From contig CAVGAA010000001.1 in NCBI GenBank assembly GCA_963627065.1, positions 71,628-135,627 of the forward strand: 64,000 nt of DNA. Direction: 5' to 3'. The notes beneath the pieces were generated by a model. That model made no database searches, was not told the DNA's origin, and saw only the letters and a list, made by a program, of their open reading frames with translations. The stretch is from a bacterium. GTDB lineage: Bacteria; Bacillota; Clostridia; Oscillospirales; CAG-272. Of this stretch, positions 8,818 to 19,789 are shown piece after piece. Made by a program: the position numbers and the translations under genes. How positions within the stretch are numbered: the stretch's first letter is position 1; each line of letters begins with the position of its first letter.

Positions 8818-9423
8818 TTATTTTGTACCGGTGACGTCGAAAATCAATTTCCACAACTCGTTCCGCCCTTCGCCCTTTTCGGAGGACGTGAACAGAATCG
8901 GTGTGTCGGTCGGAATGGACGGATGACCGTGCAAAAGATTTTCCGCATTTTTGCGTTCGGTCGCATTCAGTTTGTCCGATTTTGTCGCAACCACCGCAAA
9001 AGGCATTCCCACGTCACGCAGATAGGCGAGCATCATTTCATCGTCTTTCGTCGGACCGACTCGACTGTCAATCAACTGGATTACCAATTTGATAAGATCT
9101 GCGTTCTTGTTATTCGTAAAATAACCGTCGGTCAGTTCCGACCATTTCGCCTGATCTTCCGGTCGGCGTTTTGCAAAACCGTACCCCGGGAGGTCGACCA
9201 AAAACAGTTTTCCGTCCACGTCATAAAAATTGACCGTAATCGTCTTCCCCGGGGCGGAACTCACACGTGCAAGCGATTTTCTGCCGAGCAGGCAGTTGAC
9301 AAGCGAACTTTTTCCCACATTCGACCGACCGGAAAAGGCAATCTGCGGGATTGCATCGGTCGGGAACTGGCGTGGCAGTCCTGCACTGATACGCAGGGAC
9401 ACTTTGTTGAGATTGACGGACAT
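8818..9423 (-). CDS. engB: Ribosome-biogenesis GTPase EngB/YsxC
   Basis: G1 motif GRSNVGKSSL, then DLPGYGF and ATKSDK. Start taken at MSVNLNK (ATG 9423, GAGGTG SD), 7 nt after the lon stop. Confidence 0.9.
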   Translation of the reverse strand: MSVNLNKVSLRISAGLPRQFPTDAIPQIAFSGRSNVGKSSLVNCLLGRKSLARVSSAPGKTITVNFYDVDGKLFLVDLPGYGFAKRRPEDQAKWSELTDGYFTNNKNADLIKLVIQLIDSRVGPTKDDEMMLAYLRDVGMPFAVVATKSDKLNATERKNAENLLHGHPSIPTDTPILFTSSEKGEGRNELWKLIFDVTGTK

Positions 9424-9430
9424 AAACACC

Positions 9431-11854
9431 TCACGGATTGACAGATACGGAAACCTGTCTTTGCGGCGGAATAGCGGGAATGTTGAGCAATTCAACCGAC
9501 GAATGCTCGGTTTTTTCCTCGTCCGACGGCAACAAAGCATTTAAGAGTACTTCGTCAACCGTCCGGCAGGGGACAAAAATCAACCCGTCGCGTGCCATGG
9601 GATCGAGATCTTCCATATCACGCAGATTTTCCTGCGGAATGAGAACGGTTTTCACACCTGCGGAATAAGCCGCCATTGTTTTTTCTTTCAGACCGCCGAT
9701 TGCAAGCACTTTTCCACGCAGACTGACCTCGCCCGTCATTGCAATATCGCGACGGACGGCACGTCCCGTCAAGGCACTGATAAGAGCCGTCACCATTGTG
9801 ACACCGGCACTCGGACCGTCTTTCGGAACAGCCCCTTCGGGAAAATGAATGTGAATATCTTTCGTTTTGTAGAAATCGGTCGGAATTTCGTACTGCTTTG
9901 CCACAGATCGCACATAACTGACCGCAATCATGGCGGATTCTTTCATCACATCGCCGAGCGAACCGGTCGTTTCGATTTTTCCCGTTCCTTCGAGGACGGC
10001 AACCTCGACCTTGAGGAGCGTTCCGCCGAGTTCGGTGTAAGCCAATCCGTTCACACAACCAACCTCGTCGACCTCGTCAATCGTATCGGGCAGAAGCTTC
10101 CTCGAACCGAGATAGCCCTTCACGTCGGCGGTATCGACGACAATTTGCTTGGTATCGGGCTTCGTGAGCAGAATTTTTGCGGTTTTGCGACAAATTTTCG
10201 CAATCGTACGTTCAAGGTTACGCACACCGGCTTCTCTCGTATAGTAATCTATAATTTCTGTCAAAGCACCGTCCGTAAATTTCAGGACCTTCTTGCCGAT
10301 GTTGTGCAGTTTCAACTGTTTCGGAATGAGATGACGTTTCGCAATTTCCAGTTTTTCCCGCTTCGTATAAATCCCGATTTCGATAATTTCCATACGGTCT
10401 ATGAGCGGTTTCGGAATGTCCGAGAGATCGTTTGCGGTCGCAATGAACATACAACCGGACAGATCGAAGGGGAGTTCTACAAAATGGTCACGGAAACTTT
10501 TGTTCTGCTCACCGTCCAGAACTTCGAGCATGGCGGATGTCGGATCGCCGTGTGCGTCACTGCACATTTTGTCGATTTCGTCAAGCAGGATCAGGGGATT
10601 GCGAACGCCTGCCTGCGTAAGAGCCGTAATAATCCGCCCGGGCATTGCACCGATATAGGTTTTGCGGTGACCTCTGATGTCCGCCTCGTCACGCACACCG
10701 CCGAGGGAAATGCGAACGTATTTGCGGTTCAGAGAATGAGCAATCGAAGATGCGATTGAGGTTTTGCCGACGCCGGGAGGTCCGACCAAACAAAGAATCT
10801 GTCCGTTCAGTTCGGGGCTTTGTTGCTTTGCCGCAAGATATTCCACAATCCGTTCTTTCACCTTTTCAAGACCGTAATGGTCGTTGTCGAGTGCTTTCTC
10901 AACGGCATCGAACTGCAATTTTTCCTTTGTTGTCTTCTTCCAAGGAATATCAAGACAAACATCGAGATAATTGTAAATCACGGAGGCTTCGGCAGAACCG
11001 TAGGGGACTTTCGAGAGCCGTTCGGCTTCTTTCAAAAGTTTCTGTTCCACTTCTTCCGGCAGTAAAGCTTTCTTAATTTTTCTGCAATAGTCCTCGTAAT
11101 CCGAACCCTCGCCGAGTTCTTCTTCGATAACCTTCATTTCCTCACGGAGATAATATTCCCGTTGATTGCGACGCATCCGTGCATCGACTTTCGCACGCAG
11201 TTTGGATTGCTCCGCAACGACATCGGACTCGTGCAGGAGAATCGTAATCAGCGATTCGGCACGTTGCATCGGATCGAATTCTTCAAGGATCGTTAGCTTG
11301 TCGTCAACCGATTGAATGAAATGATTGGCAATGAAATCCGAGAGAACCCCGGGATCTTTGATTGAATGTGCGGAGATCAACAGATCTTCCGATCCGGAGG
11401 GGACGATGCGTGTATTTTCGTCAAGCAGTATGAGCAACTGCCGAGCGAACGCCTCCGCCAAAATGGTGTCGGTGAGCGTTATCGTTTTTTGAACGAGATC
11501 GGCGGTGATGAGTTCGGACTTTTCGTCCCTGCGATACTGTATCACTTTCGCACGTTCAAGCCCTTGACCGATGATGCGAGTACCGCCGTCGGACATCCGG
11601 AGCATTTGTTTGATTTTCACAACTGTACCGACACCGAAAAGTTTTTTGGTTTCCGGAACGACATTTACCGGAATCGGTTCGGTCGTGCAGACGACGAAAA
11701 TCAAACCGTCGGCGGATTTTGCTTTTTTTACGGCGAGTTCCGCAGATTCGTCGGAAGTCTCAAAACTGACGGGGAGAGAGGGATAGCAAACCGAGCCGTG
11801 CAGTGCAACGACCGGCAGAGTCAACTGTTCGGCTGTTTCAATGTATTCAGACAT
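9431..11854 (-). CDS. lon: ATP-dependent Lon protease
   Basis: Walker A GPPGVGKTS and catalytic PKDGPSAGVTM, with an N-terminal LON domain. The ATG at 11854 is preferred over the track TTG at 11878. Confidence 0.95.
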   Translation of the reverse strand: MSEYIETAEQLTLPVVALHGSVCYPSLPVSFETSDESAELAVKKAKSADGLIFVVCTTEPIPVNVVPETKKLFGVGTVVKIKQMLRMSDGGTRIIGQGLERAKVIQYRRDEKSELITADLVQKTITLTDTILAEAFARQLLILLDENTRIVPSGSEDLLISAHSIKDPGVLSDFIANHFIQSVDDKLTILEEFDPMQRAESLITILLHESDVVAEQSKLRAKVDARMRRNQREYYLREEMKVIEEELGEGSDYEDYCRKIKKALLPEEVEQKLLKEAERLSKVPYGSAEASVIYNYLDVCLDIPWKKTTKEKLQFDAVEKALDNDHYGLEKVKERIVEYLAAKQQSPELNGQILCLVGPPGVGKTSIASSIAHSLNRKYVRISLGGVRDEADIRGHRKTYIGAMPGRIITALTQAGVRNPLILLDEIDKMCSDAHGDPTSAMLEVLDGEQNKSFRDHFVELPFDLSGCMFIATANDLSDIPKPLIDRMEIIEIGIYTKREKLEIAKRHLIPKQLKLHNIGKKVLKFTDGALTEIIDYYTREAGVRNLERTIAKICRKTAKILLTKPDTKQIVVDTADVKGYLGSRKLLPDTIDEVDEVGCVNGLAYTELGGTLLKVEVAVLEGTGKIETTGSLGDVMKESAMIAVSYVRSVAKQYEIPTDFYKTKDIHIHFPEGAVPKDGPSAGVTMVTALISALTGRAVRRDIAMTGEVSLRGKVLAIGGLKEKTMAAYSAGVKTVLIPQENLRDMEDLDPMARDGLIFVPCRTVDEVLLNALLPSDEEKTEHSSVELLNIPAIPPQRQVSVSVNP

Positions 11855-12448
11855 ATAAAGACAGATAAATCCTTTCAAAAAGAGGGGGTAACCAAAATTT
11901 ACAAACTATAATTCACTATATTATACCACACTTCGCACGGAATTTCCATAGATTTCCGAAAAAAAATCGCCCCCACGGGCAACTTTTGACGGTTTCGAAG
12001 GTTAATTTTTTGTGAATATACCAAATTTCGATGAATAATATTACAAATGGAATTTCTAAAATCGGAAGGTGCGATGAGGAGTGAGAAGATTTTTGCCGAC
12101 CTGAATGATGAATGGAAATAATCGATGCAAAAGACAAAACAAAAATTGCACACCGACAATCAAACCGAATCCGCAAAGAGAGAGATGCCATGAGATTGAC
12201 ATTTGGGAATCGGGAAACGCAGTGTGCAAAAAGGGGAAACCTGCCGACCATTGCCGACAGCGTATACTATTATAGCACAAAAAAGTCGATTTGTAAATTA
12301 GGTAAAATGACGAAGTTTTCCCCATTTTCGAGGCAAAATTTCTCCTTCGTGTTTTTTCACAAAATTTCACACCCATTTTTGTGACATTTCCCGATAGACA
12401 TTTTTGTCGCACCCGTGCCGACACATACGAATTTTTTCACTCAATCGG

Positions 12449-12477
12449 TTGACAATTTCCGTTCTTTGCGGTATAAT
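12449..12477 (+). promoter_or_regulatory. Sigma-A-type promoter of the ABC exporter gene
   Basis: TTGACA (12449-12454), a 17-nt spacer, then TATAAT (12472-12477). Confidence 0.65.
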
Positions 12478-12519
12478 ATTAAGTGTTAAATTATTACGAT
12501 ACGATTGAGGTCATTAACT

Positions 12520-14241
12520 TTGAGTCTTCTGAAAAGATTTCTGTCTTATTACAAACCGCACAAAAAATTATTTGCACTTGATATGCTCGCATCTTTCTGC
12601 GTGTCCATGATCGGCATCGTATACCCGATCGTCACTCGCAAAATGCTAAACGAATTTATACCGAATCGGGAATATCGTCTTGTCATCGGTTTCGGCTTGG
12701 CACTCCTCGGGCTTTATATCGTCCGTATGCTCCTCAATTATTTCATTCAGTACGAGGGGCATATGATGGGCGTTTATATGCAGACGAGAATGCGGACAGA
12801 CCTTTTCGCTCACCTCGAAAAACTGCCGTTCAGTTTTTACGACAACCACGAAACCGGTAAAATTATGTCCCGTATGACCAACGATCTCATGGACATCAGC
12901 GAACTGGCACATCACGGTCCGGAGAATATCATCATTTCCACCATTTCGATTCTGACTTCCTTCATTTACCTGTCGACAATCAATGTCATTCTGACTTTGA
13001 TTATCTTCGTCTGTGTACCGCTCCTCTTGGTTATTTCGGGATTTTTACGCAAACGGATGCGTTCGGCATTTGCCAGAGCAAGGCAGTCAATGGCAGTTAT
13101 CAACGCATCGATCGAAAGCAGTATTTCGGGTATCCGAGTGACCAAAGCTTTCAACAATTCAGAACTTGAGCAGGAAAAATTCGAAATCGGCAATGGCGAA
13201 TTCACCGAGGCAAAGCGGGATTCCTACAAAGCCATGGGAATGTTCCATTCCGGTACGGCTTTCGTGACCAATATTTTCAACGTTGTTGTTTTGATAGCCG
13301 GCGGACTTTTCCTCTATGCCGGTGAAATTGAACTCGGCGACTATTCTGCTTTCATCGTTTCGGTCAACCTCTTTATCAACCCCGTCACAACGCTTATCAA
13401 CTTTATGGAGCAGTACCAGAACGGCGTTACCGGTTTCGAACGCTTTGTTGAGATTATCGATACACCGATCGAGGAGGATAAACCGACCGCCACCGACTTG
13501 GGACGTGTTACGGGACATATCGAACTGCGTGACGTGACCTATTCCTATGACAACAACAAGGATGTTTTGAACCGTATCAACCTCGACATTCCGGCAGGCG
13601 AAACCGTCGCATTGGTCGGACCGTCAGGCGGTGGCAAAACCACCATTTGCCACTTGATTCCGAGATTTTACGAATTGTCCGAAGGTGCAATTCTCATTGA
13701 CGGTCACGACATCCGTGACGTTACGGCAAAATCTCTGCGACAGAATATCGGCATCGTTCAGCAGGATGTCTATCTTTTCAACGCAAGTGTCAAAGAAAAT
13801 ATTCTTTACGGCAAGCCGGATGCCACGGACGATGAGGTGGTCGAGGCAGCCAAGCGTGCAAATATTCACGACTACATTATGACAATGGAAAACGGTTACG
13901 ATACGGTCATCGGCGAGCGTGGCGTCAGACTTTCGGGAGGGCAGAAACAGCGGTTGAGCATTGCAAGAGTCTTCCTCAAAAATCCGCCGATTCTCATTCT
14001 CGATGAGGCGACCAGTGCCCTTGACAACGCAACCGAAATTCTCATTCAAAAAGCGCTTGACGAATTGTGTGTCGGCAGAACAACGCTTGTTGTCGCACAC
14101 AGACTTTCCACAATCAAGAATGCGGACGAAATCACCGTCATTTCGAAAGGACAGATCACCGAGCAGGGAAGCCACGAAGAACTCATGAAGAAGAACGGAA
14201 CATATGCGGAATTGTACAATCTGCAATTCCGTGTGCTGTAA
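12520..14241 (+). CDS. ABC exporter, fused permease/ATPase (MsbA/multidrug type)
   Basis: Six-TM domain followed by Walker A GPSGGGKTT, signature LSGGQKQR and Walker B ILILDEATSALD. Start is TTG at 12520 (GAGG 9 nt upstream) or TTG at 12505. Confidence 0.85.
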   Translation: MSLLKRFLSYYKPHKKLFALDMLASFCVSMIGIVYPIVTRKMLNEFIPNREYRLVIGFGLALLGLYIVRMLLNYFIQYEGHMMGVYMQTRMRTDLFAHLEKLPFSFYDNHETGKIMSRMTNDLMDISELAHHGPENIIISTISILTSFIYLSTINVILTLIIFVCVPLLLVISGFLRKRMRSAFARARQSMAVINASIESSISGIRVTKAFNNSELEQEKFEIGNGEFTEAKRDSYKAMGMFHSGTAFVTNIFNVVVLIAGGLFLYAGEIELGDYSAFIVSVNLFINPVTTLINFMEQYQNGVTGFERFVEIIDTPIEEDKPTATDLGRVTGHIELRDVTYSYDNNKDVLNRINLDIPAGETVALVGPSGGGKTTICHLIPRFYELSEGAILIDGHDIRDVTAKSLRQNIGIVQQDVYLFNASVKENILYGKPDATDDEVVEAAKRANIHDYIMTMENGYDTVIGERGVRLSGGQKQRLSIARVFLKNPPILILDEATSALDNATEILIQKALDELCVGRTTLVVAHRLSTIKNADEITVISKGQITEQGSHEELMKKNGTYAELYNLQFRVL

Positions 14242-14252
14242 GAGGTGACAAA

Positions 14253-15281
14253 ATGCCGAATATTAAAATCGGCGGAGCGATACTCCGTCACGGCATCTGT
14301 TTAGCACCTCTCGCAGGTGTGAGTGACAGAGCCTTTCGCCATATCGCAAAATCTTTCGGAGCGGAATATACCGTCAGCGAAATGGTATCTGCAAAAGCCC
14401 TTTGCTACGAACAGAACTGTCGCCGACCGGTCACGAGAAATCGAGTCAAAACTGCTCCGCTCACGGCGGTTATGCGTGACGAATATCCCATGGCAGTCCA
14501 ACTGTTCGGGGCAGAACCCGAATTTATGGCAGAAGCCGCAAAACTCCTCGAAACCGGCGAGTATCTCGGTGCGTGCGGAGAAATTCCGCCGACCGCCATT
14601 GACATCAATATGGGGTGTCCAATGGTCAAAATCGTCGGTAACGGCGAAGGCTCGGCACTCATGAAAGACGTACAAAAGGCTGAGGCGATCGTCCGTGCGG
14701 TCGTCAACGCTACCAAATTGCCGGTAACCGTCAAAATGCGATCCGGTTGGGATGCGGAACACATCAACGCCGTAGAACTTGCCAAGCGGGTGGAAGATGC
14801 AGGGGCGGTTGCCGTCTGCATTCACGGCAGAACAAGGGCTAAAATGTACGCACCGACAGCCGATTGGAATATCATTCGTGAGGTCAAGCAGGCATTGCAA
14901 ATTCCGGTCATCGGAAACGGCGATATTTTCACGGCAGACGATGCCGTCCGCATGATGCGTGAAACCGGTTGTGACGGCGTGATGATTGCAAGAGGATCGC
15001 AGGGTAATCCTTGGATTTTCAAGGAATTGACCTGCCTTTTGGAGGGACAGCCCTATACACCGCCCGACATCTGCGAACGTCTCACCGTCGCATACCGTCA
15101 CGCTCAATTGCTCGTGCAGGACAAAGGGGAGAAAATCGGCATCGCCGAATCTCGCAAGCACATGGCTTGGTATGTGCACGGCGTGCGAGGGGCGGCATCG
15201 GTCAGGGGACAACTTATGCAGGTTAGCAACCTCTCCGACATTCAGAAAATATTTGAAACACTTATGAAAGAAAACGCATAA
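14253..15281 (+). CDS. dusB: tRNA-dihydrouridine synthase (DusB-like)
   Basis: LAPLAGVSDRAFRHIAKSFGAEYTVSEMVSAKAL...DINMGCP...IHGRTR. ATG at 14253 follows AGAGGTG. Confidence 0.9.
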   Translation: MPNIKIGGAILRHGICLAPLAGVSDRAFRHIAKSFGAEYTVSEMVSAKALCYEQNCRRPVTRNRVKTAPLTAVMRDEYPMAVQLFGAEPEFMAEAAKLLETGEYLGACGEIPPTAIDINMGCPMVKIVGNGEGSALMKDVQKAEAIVRAVVNATKLPVTVKMRSGWDAEHINAVELAKRVEDAGAVAVCIHGRTRAKMYAPTADWNIIREVKQALQIPVIGNGDIFTADDAVRMMRETGCDGVMIARGSQGNPWIFKELTCLLEGQPYTPPDICERLTVAYRHAQLLVQDKGEKIGIAESRKHMAWYVHGVRGAASVRGQLMQVSNLSDIQKIFETLMKENA

Positions 15282-15286
15282 AGCCA

Positions 15287-15799
15287 ATGAATTTTTTGAT
15301 TTTTTCGGATGCACACGGCAACAACCGAGATATGCTCCGTGCATGGTCAAGGCAACCAAAAAAGCCGGACGGTATCTTTTTTCTCGGAGACGGTCTGAAC
15401 CGCATCGAACCGGACCTTTTCGATGACATTCCGCTCATCTGCGTGCGTGGCAACTGCGATTTTTTCGCACCGCTCTGGCACGATTGCCCCACTGAACAGA
15501 CCTTATGTTTCGAGGGGCATACCATACTCCTCACGCACGGGGCAACATTCGGTGTCAAAGGCGGTCTCGGCATGTTGGAGAGAGCATCGGCGGAAATGGG
15601 AGCGGACATTGTCCTCTTCGGTCATACACACGTCCCGTATCTCGAAACGATACCGGCAGGGGAAACAGTCGGAAATACAAAACTGACAAGACCGCTTTAT
15701 CTTTTCAACCCGGGTAGCATCGGCTATTCCGGTTCGTTCGGTCACTTGTATTTGACAGCGGATACCGTTCTGCTCTCACACGGAACGGTTCAAATGTAA
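15287..15799 (+). CDS. YfcE/MJ0936-family metallophosphoesterase
   Basis: Motifs SDAHGN, LGDG, RGNCD, THG and GHTH occur in the canonical order. Confidence 0.8.
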   Translation: MNFLIFSDAHGNNRDMLRAWSRQPKKPDGIFFLGDGLNRIEPDLFDDIPLICVRGNCDFFAPLWHDCPTEQTLCFEGHTILLTHGATFGVKGGLGMLERASAEMGADIVLFGHTHVPYLETIPAGETVGNTKLTRPLYLFNPGSIGYSGSFGHLYLTADTVLLSHGTVQM

Positions 15800-15878
15800 A
15801 CAGCAAATAGAGAAAACAAAAAACTGTCGCAGACACGTTTTTGTGCCTGCGACAGTGGTTGAAAGATAATTATCAGAA

Positions 15879-16202
15879 TTAGCCTTCGGTCGATTCGTTT
15901 GCTTCTTTCGCTTCGGAATCAGCCTCTGCCTGCTCTGCTTCCTGTTGAGCAAGAGCCGCCTCGTAAGCTTCCACCACAGCGGACTCCAAAACGCCACGGA
16001 ACTGTGCGTTAATGGGATGAACGATGTCACGATAGGTCTCATCCGGATTTTTCCGGCTCGGCATCACAATAAAGAATTTTTCCCGTGCGTAGATGACCTT
16101 GATGTCGTGAACGGCAAGTTGACCGTCAAACGTAACGGACACAATTGCCTTCATCGGACCTTCGTTGAAGAGCTTTCTGACTTTGATATCGGTGATTTGC
16201 AT
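15879..16202 (-). CDS. spoVG: Septation/sporulation regulator SpoVG
   Basis: MQITDIKVRKLFNEGPMKAIVSVTFDGQLAVHDIKVI. GGAGG SD precedes the ATG at 16202. Confidence 0.9.
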   Translation of the reverse strand: MQITDIKVRKLFNEGPMKAIVSVTFDGQLAVHDIKVIYAREKFFIVMPSRKNPDETYRDIVHPINAQFRGVLESAVVEAYEAALAQQEAEQAEADSEAKEANESTEG

Positions 16203-16353
16203 AATGTTAACCTCCGTATGATATTGGACTTGCGGTCCTTTGATGCTATTAGTATACAATATGTTTGTGACAATAATTTAATGATACAAGCATTTTTTTG
16301 TGAAATCTGCCAACTTTTTTGTGGAGTTGTAAGGAAAAGGGGAGAATGCGAAA

Positions 16354-17763
16354 ATGCCACTTGAAAATACGCATTACGGGTATAAAAAAATAGCGGAACT
16401 GCTCCGAAACGCCGAGAAAATTTTCTTTATCGGCATCGGCGGTGTGAGTATGTACGCATTGGCACTGATGACACTGTCAAACGGCAAACACATAGCAGGT
16501 TCGGACCGTACCGAGAGCGACAGACTGGACTGTCTGCGAAACGGCGGAGCGGAAATCTTTATCGGGCATGACGAAAAACATCTGGACGGTTGCAATGCCG
16601 TTGTGTATACCGTTGCCGTATCGCAGGATAACCCCGAATATCAAGGGGCAATCCGCAGGAATTTACCGCTTATCTCACGTGCCGATTATCTCGGTTACCT
16701 CATGATGCAATTCGGGCATCGCATCGGCATTTCCGGCATGAACGGCAAAAGCACCACCACTGCATTGCTGTCGCATATTTTATTGCGGAACGGCGATCCT
16801 ACCGTTATGGGCGGAGCGGAATCGAAAGAATTCGGCAATACCTCCTGCCACATCGGAAAAGCAAAAAACGAATTCGTCTTCGAAGCCTGCGAATATCGGG
16901 ATTCCTTCCTCGATTTCAATCCGTCATTGGCGGTAATTCTGAACATCGGACTCGACCATGTTGACTATTTTCACAGCATCGACCAAGTGCGAAAATCATT
17001 CCGTGCATTCGCCGAGCGTGCCACGCAAAAGGGCGGAAAAGTTCTCTGGTGTGCCGATGACAATGACACAAAAATCGCCATGTCCGGCATTCCGTCGGAA
17101 TCGTCCGTGACTTTCGGCATTACGGAAAATGCCGATTTTCAAGCTCGTAACATCACAAGCAAAAAAGGCTTCCGTTCTTTTGATTTTTATTATCACGGCG
17201 AAAAACTTTGCCACATCGATTTGTCGCAATCAGGTGATTTTCAGGTCTATAACGCATTGGCATCGGCATCCTCCGCATATCTTTGCGGTAGAAGTCCTCA
17301 TGACATTGCGTCGGCGATAGCCGATTTTGCCGGCATTCACAGACGAATGGAGTACCGTGGCAGACTTGGCGGAGCGGTTGTCTATGACGATTACGCACAT
17401 CATCCGAGTGCCATTGAGGCAACATTGAAAAATGCAAAAGAATTGGGCTACCGACGCATTCTCTGTGCCTATCAACCGCACACATTCAGCCGTACGGCAG
17501 GACTTTTTGACGAATTCACGCACGCATTCGATTTTGCCGACAAGGTCTATTTTGCGGAAATTTACCCTGCACGTGAAACGAATATTTACGGCATTTCGTC
17601 AAAAAATCTGGCAGACGCAATCGGCGAAAAATCCGAATTTTGCGGGAACGTCCGTGACTTGGCGAACCGCTTACCGCAGGTCGTCCGTGACGGCGATCTG
17701 CTCATCGTTATGGGAGCAGGGGACATCGAAGATGCATTCGGAATGTTACCGCTTCAAAGCTGA
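16354..17763 (+). CDS. murC: UDP-N-acetylmuramate--L-alanine ligase
   Basis: FFIGIGGVSMYALA and GISGMNGKSTTTA, with a Mur ligase C-terminal domain. Confidence 0.9.
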   Translation: MPLENTHYGYKKIAELLRNAEKIFFIGIGGVSMYALALMTLSNGKHIAGSDRTESDRLDCLRNGGAEIFIGHDEKHLDGCNAVVYTVAVSQDNPEYQGAIRRNLPLISRADYLGYLMMQFGHRIGISGMNGKSTTTALLSHILLRNGDPTVMGGAESKEFGNTSCHIGKAKNEFVFEACEYRDSFLDFNPSLAVILNIGLDHVDYFHSIDQVRKSFRAFAERATQKGGKVLWCADDNDTKIAMSGIPSESSVTFGITENADFQARNITSKKGFRSFDFYYHGEKLCHIDLSQSGDFQVYNALASASSAYLCGRSPHDIASAIADFAGIHRRMEYRGRLGGAVVYDDYAHHPSAIEATLKNAKELGYRRILCAYQPHTFSRTAGLFDEFTHAFDFADKVYFAEIYPARETNIYGISSKNLADAIGEKSEFCGNVRDLANRLPQVVRDGDLLIVMGAGDIEDAFGMLPLQS

Positions 17764-18035
17764 AAATCCGCGATTTTCTTTTCGAGTGCCGAAACCTGCT
17801 CTTTCATCATCGTAATGGCTTTGATATACTGTGCAATCACAGTGGCGCTTTCCTCGTCTTCGGAAATGAAACTGAGATATGCCACTTCGCCGAGTTCTTC
17901 GTAAGCCGTCCGCAAACGGGTTTTTGCGGTATGCAGTTGCAGTTTCAGAACCGCCAAATCGGTCGCATTCCCGATTTTTTCGGTCGCAACGGCGGTAATT
18001 TGGCGAGCCTTTTCCTGAAATTCTTCCCAAGTCAT
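17754..18035 (-). CDS. Hypothetical coiled-coil protein (93 aa)
   Basis: GGAGG SD precedes the ATG at 18035 and the sequence is heptad-like. It converges on murC with a 10-nt overlap. Confidence 0.5.
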   Translation of the reverse strand: MTWEEFQEKARQITAVATEKIGNATDLAVLKLQLHTAKTRLRTAYEELGEVAYLSFISEDEESATVIAQYIKAITMMKEQVSALEKKIADFQL

Positions 18036-18196
18036 AAACAAGACCTCCGAAACAGACAAAATTTGCTATCCCTATCATTATACAGACTTTTTGCCCAAAA
18101 ATCAAGCACTTTCAAAGAAAAAATCTCTTTTTTACCGATCAAATTTTCAATAGAGATTCAAACTTGTTAACAATATGTGAATGTTGCAAAATAAGG

Positions 18197-18225
18197 TTGA
18201 AAAAAAGAGAAAACTATGGTATACT
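18197..18225 (+). promoter_or_regulatory. Sigma-A-type promoter (extended -10) of the cpsB-like operon
   Basis: TTGAAA (18197-18202), a 17-nt spacer, then TGgTATACT (-10 at 18220-18225). Confidence 0.55.
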
Positions 18226-18257
18226 ATACAAAGTAAAGAATAGGAGGGTACGGTGAC

Positions 18258-18983
18258 GTGAACCCGTTTTTTGATATGCATACGCATCTGCTCGCGGGAG
18301 TCGACGACGGTGCAAAAAACGAAGATGAGATGTTCGCCATGCTCGATATGGCTTATGCGGACGGAACGAGGGCAATCTGCCTCACACCGCATTTTACACC
18401 CTATCTCTACGGCGACACCTACGACACATCGCAAAAAGCATTCGAAATTCTGACCGAATATGCAGAAAAAACTTATCCCGAACTCAAATTGTTCTTGGGG
18501 CATGAACTCGGCTTTTTCGGCGGATGCTTTGAAGCACTTGCAAAAGGGCGTTGTCGGACCATTGCCGGAAGCCGTTATCTTTTGGTCGACTTTCCGGAAA
18601 ATATCGGATTTTACGAAATCGATCAGGCTATCGGCAAACTGCGTGCAAACGGCTATCATCCCGTTTTGGCACACGCCGAGCGTTACCCGTCTCTCTGCGG
18701 AAAAGAAAAATGGCTTTCGTCATTTTGCGAATCCGGCGGAATCATTCAGGTCAACGCATCGTCGGCGGTCGGCGGTTGGGGGCGAATCGCAAAAGGGCAG
18801 TGGAAAAAACTGGTCAAAAGCGGTTTGGTGCATATTGTCTCATCGGACGGTCACAACCTCACAGGTCGGCAACCGAAAATTTCCGTCTGTATGCCGTATC
18901 TCGAAAAATGGTGTCATCCCGAAACAGTCAAGGCACTTACATGGGAAAACGCATGGCACATCGTAAATAACGAAGTAATTTGA
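18258..18983 (+). CDS. PHP-family tyrosine-protein phosphatase (CpsB/YwqE type)
   Basis: FFDMHTHLLAGVDDGA...LTPHF...LAHAERY...SDGHN. GTG start lies 8 nt after AGGAGGG. Confidence 0.85.
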   Translation: MNPFFDMHTHLLAGVDDGAKNEDEMFAMLDMAYADGTRAICLTPHFTPYLYGDTYDTSQKAFEILTEYAEKTYPELKLFLGHELGFFGGCFEALAKGRCRTIAGSRYLLVDFPENIGFYEIDQAIGKLRANGYHPVLAHAERYPSLCGKEKWLSSFCESGGIIQVNASSAVGGWGRIAKGQWKKLVKSGLVHIVSSDGHNLTGRQPKISVCMPYLEKWCHPETVKALTWENAWHIVNNEVI

Positions 18984-19006
18984 ATTATGATTGAAAGGAA
19001 ATAATC

Positions 19007-19789
19007 ATGGAAGAAACAAAAGACAGAGAATTTGAAATTCGATTGGGAGATCTTTGGACAGTTTTCAAAAAAAGTTGGTGGATTCTTCTGCTGGTCGGAG
19101 TTCTTGTATGCGGATGCCTTTACGGCTTTTTGAGAGCAACGCACGTCAACCAATACACCGCAACGGCAACGATTTACATCAACCGCCCGTCGGGAACCTT
19201 GCAGGCAAGTCAAGTTTCTATTTCCAATGCCCTTATCGGAGACTATCTCAAACTCGTGACAATGGAAACCACTTTGAATTCCGTTCTGCAGTCGCTCGGT
19301 TTCGAGCAGGCTGACCTGTCCAACACCAAACTCAAAAAAATGATCAGCGTATCCAATGACGAAGATACCCGTTGGATTGAAGTTTCCGTAACGGCAGAAG
19401 ATCCGGATGACGCCGTTGATTTGGTTAATGCACTTGCAGAAGAAAGTGTCGAGGCCTTCAACAATGACCTGCTTGGCGGTGAAAAATACTCCAAATATTA
19501 TAACAAGGTCAACCTTGAAGAACCGTGGAGATCGGTTGTCATCGCAAATCCAATCTCTTTGACGAAGGTATTTTTGGTCGGTCTTGTCGCCTGCATCCTT
19601 ACGTATCTTGTCTTCTTCATCATTTATATAACGGACGATAAGATCAATACGTCGGAAGATATCGAAAAATACCTCGATGTCAGCCTCTTAGGCGAGATTC
19701 CGCACCGTCACGGCACCGGCAAAGGCAAAAAATATTACGGCAAAAAATATAGCACCAACGAAATTCGCTCGAAGGGAGAAAGTGCATGA
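19007..19789 (+). CDS. Wzz/CpsC-type chain-length determinant / tyrosine-kinase modulator
   Basis: The protein has N- and C-terminal TM segments flanking a soluble domain. It overlaps the kinase gene by 4 nt. Confidence 0.8.
   Translation: MEETKDREFEIRLGDLWTVFKKSWWILLLVGVLVCGCLYGFLRATHVNQYTATATIYINRPSGTLQASQVSISNALIGDYLKLVTMETTLNSVLQSLGFEQADLSNTKLKKMISVSNDEDTRWIEVSVTAEDPDDAVDLVNALAEESVEAFNNDLLGGEKYSKYYNKVNLEEPWRSVVIANPISLTKVFLVGLVACILTYLVFFIIYITDDKINTSEDIEKYLDVSLLGEIPHRHGTGKGKKYYGKKYSTNEIRSKGESA

Noticed and set aside
11879-12448. Gap of about 570 bp between lon and the ABC gene with no credible ORF
   Set aside because: I looked for an sRNA, pseudogene or riboswitch. I found only a weak 4-bp GC hairpin with a U-run (near 11955-11975, minus strand) and the two flanking promoters. 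There is not enough evidence to call a feature.
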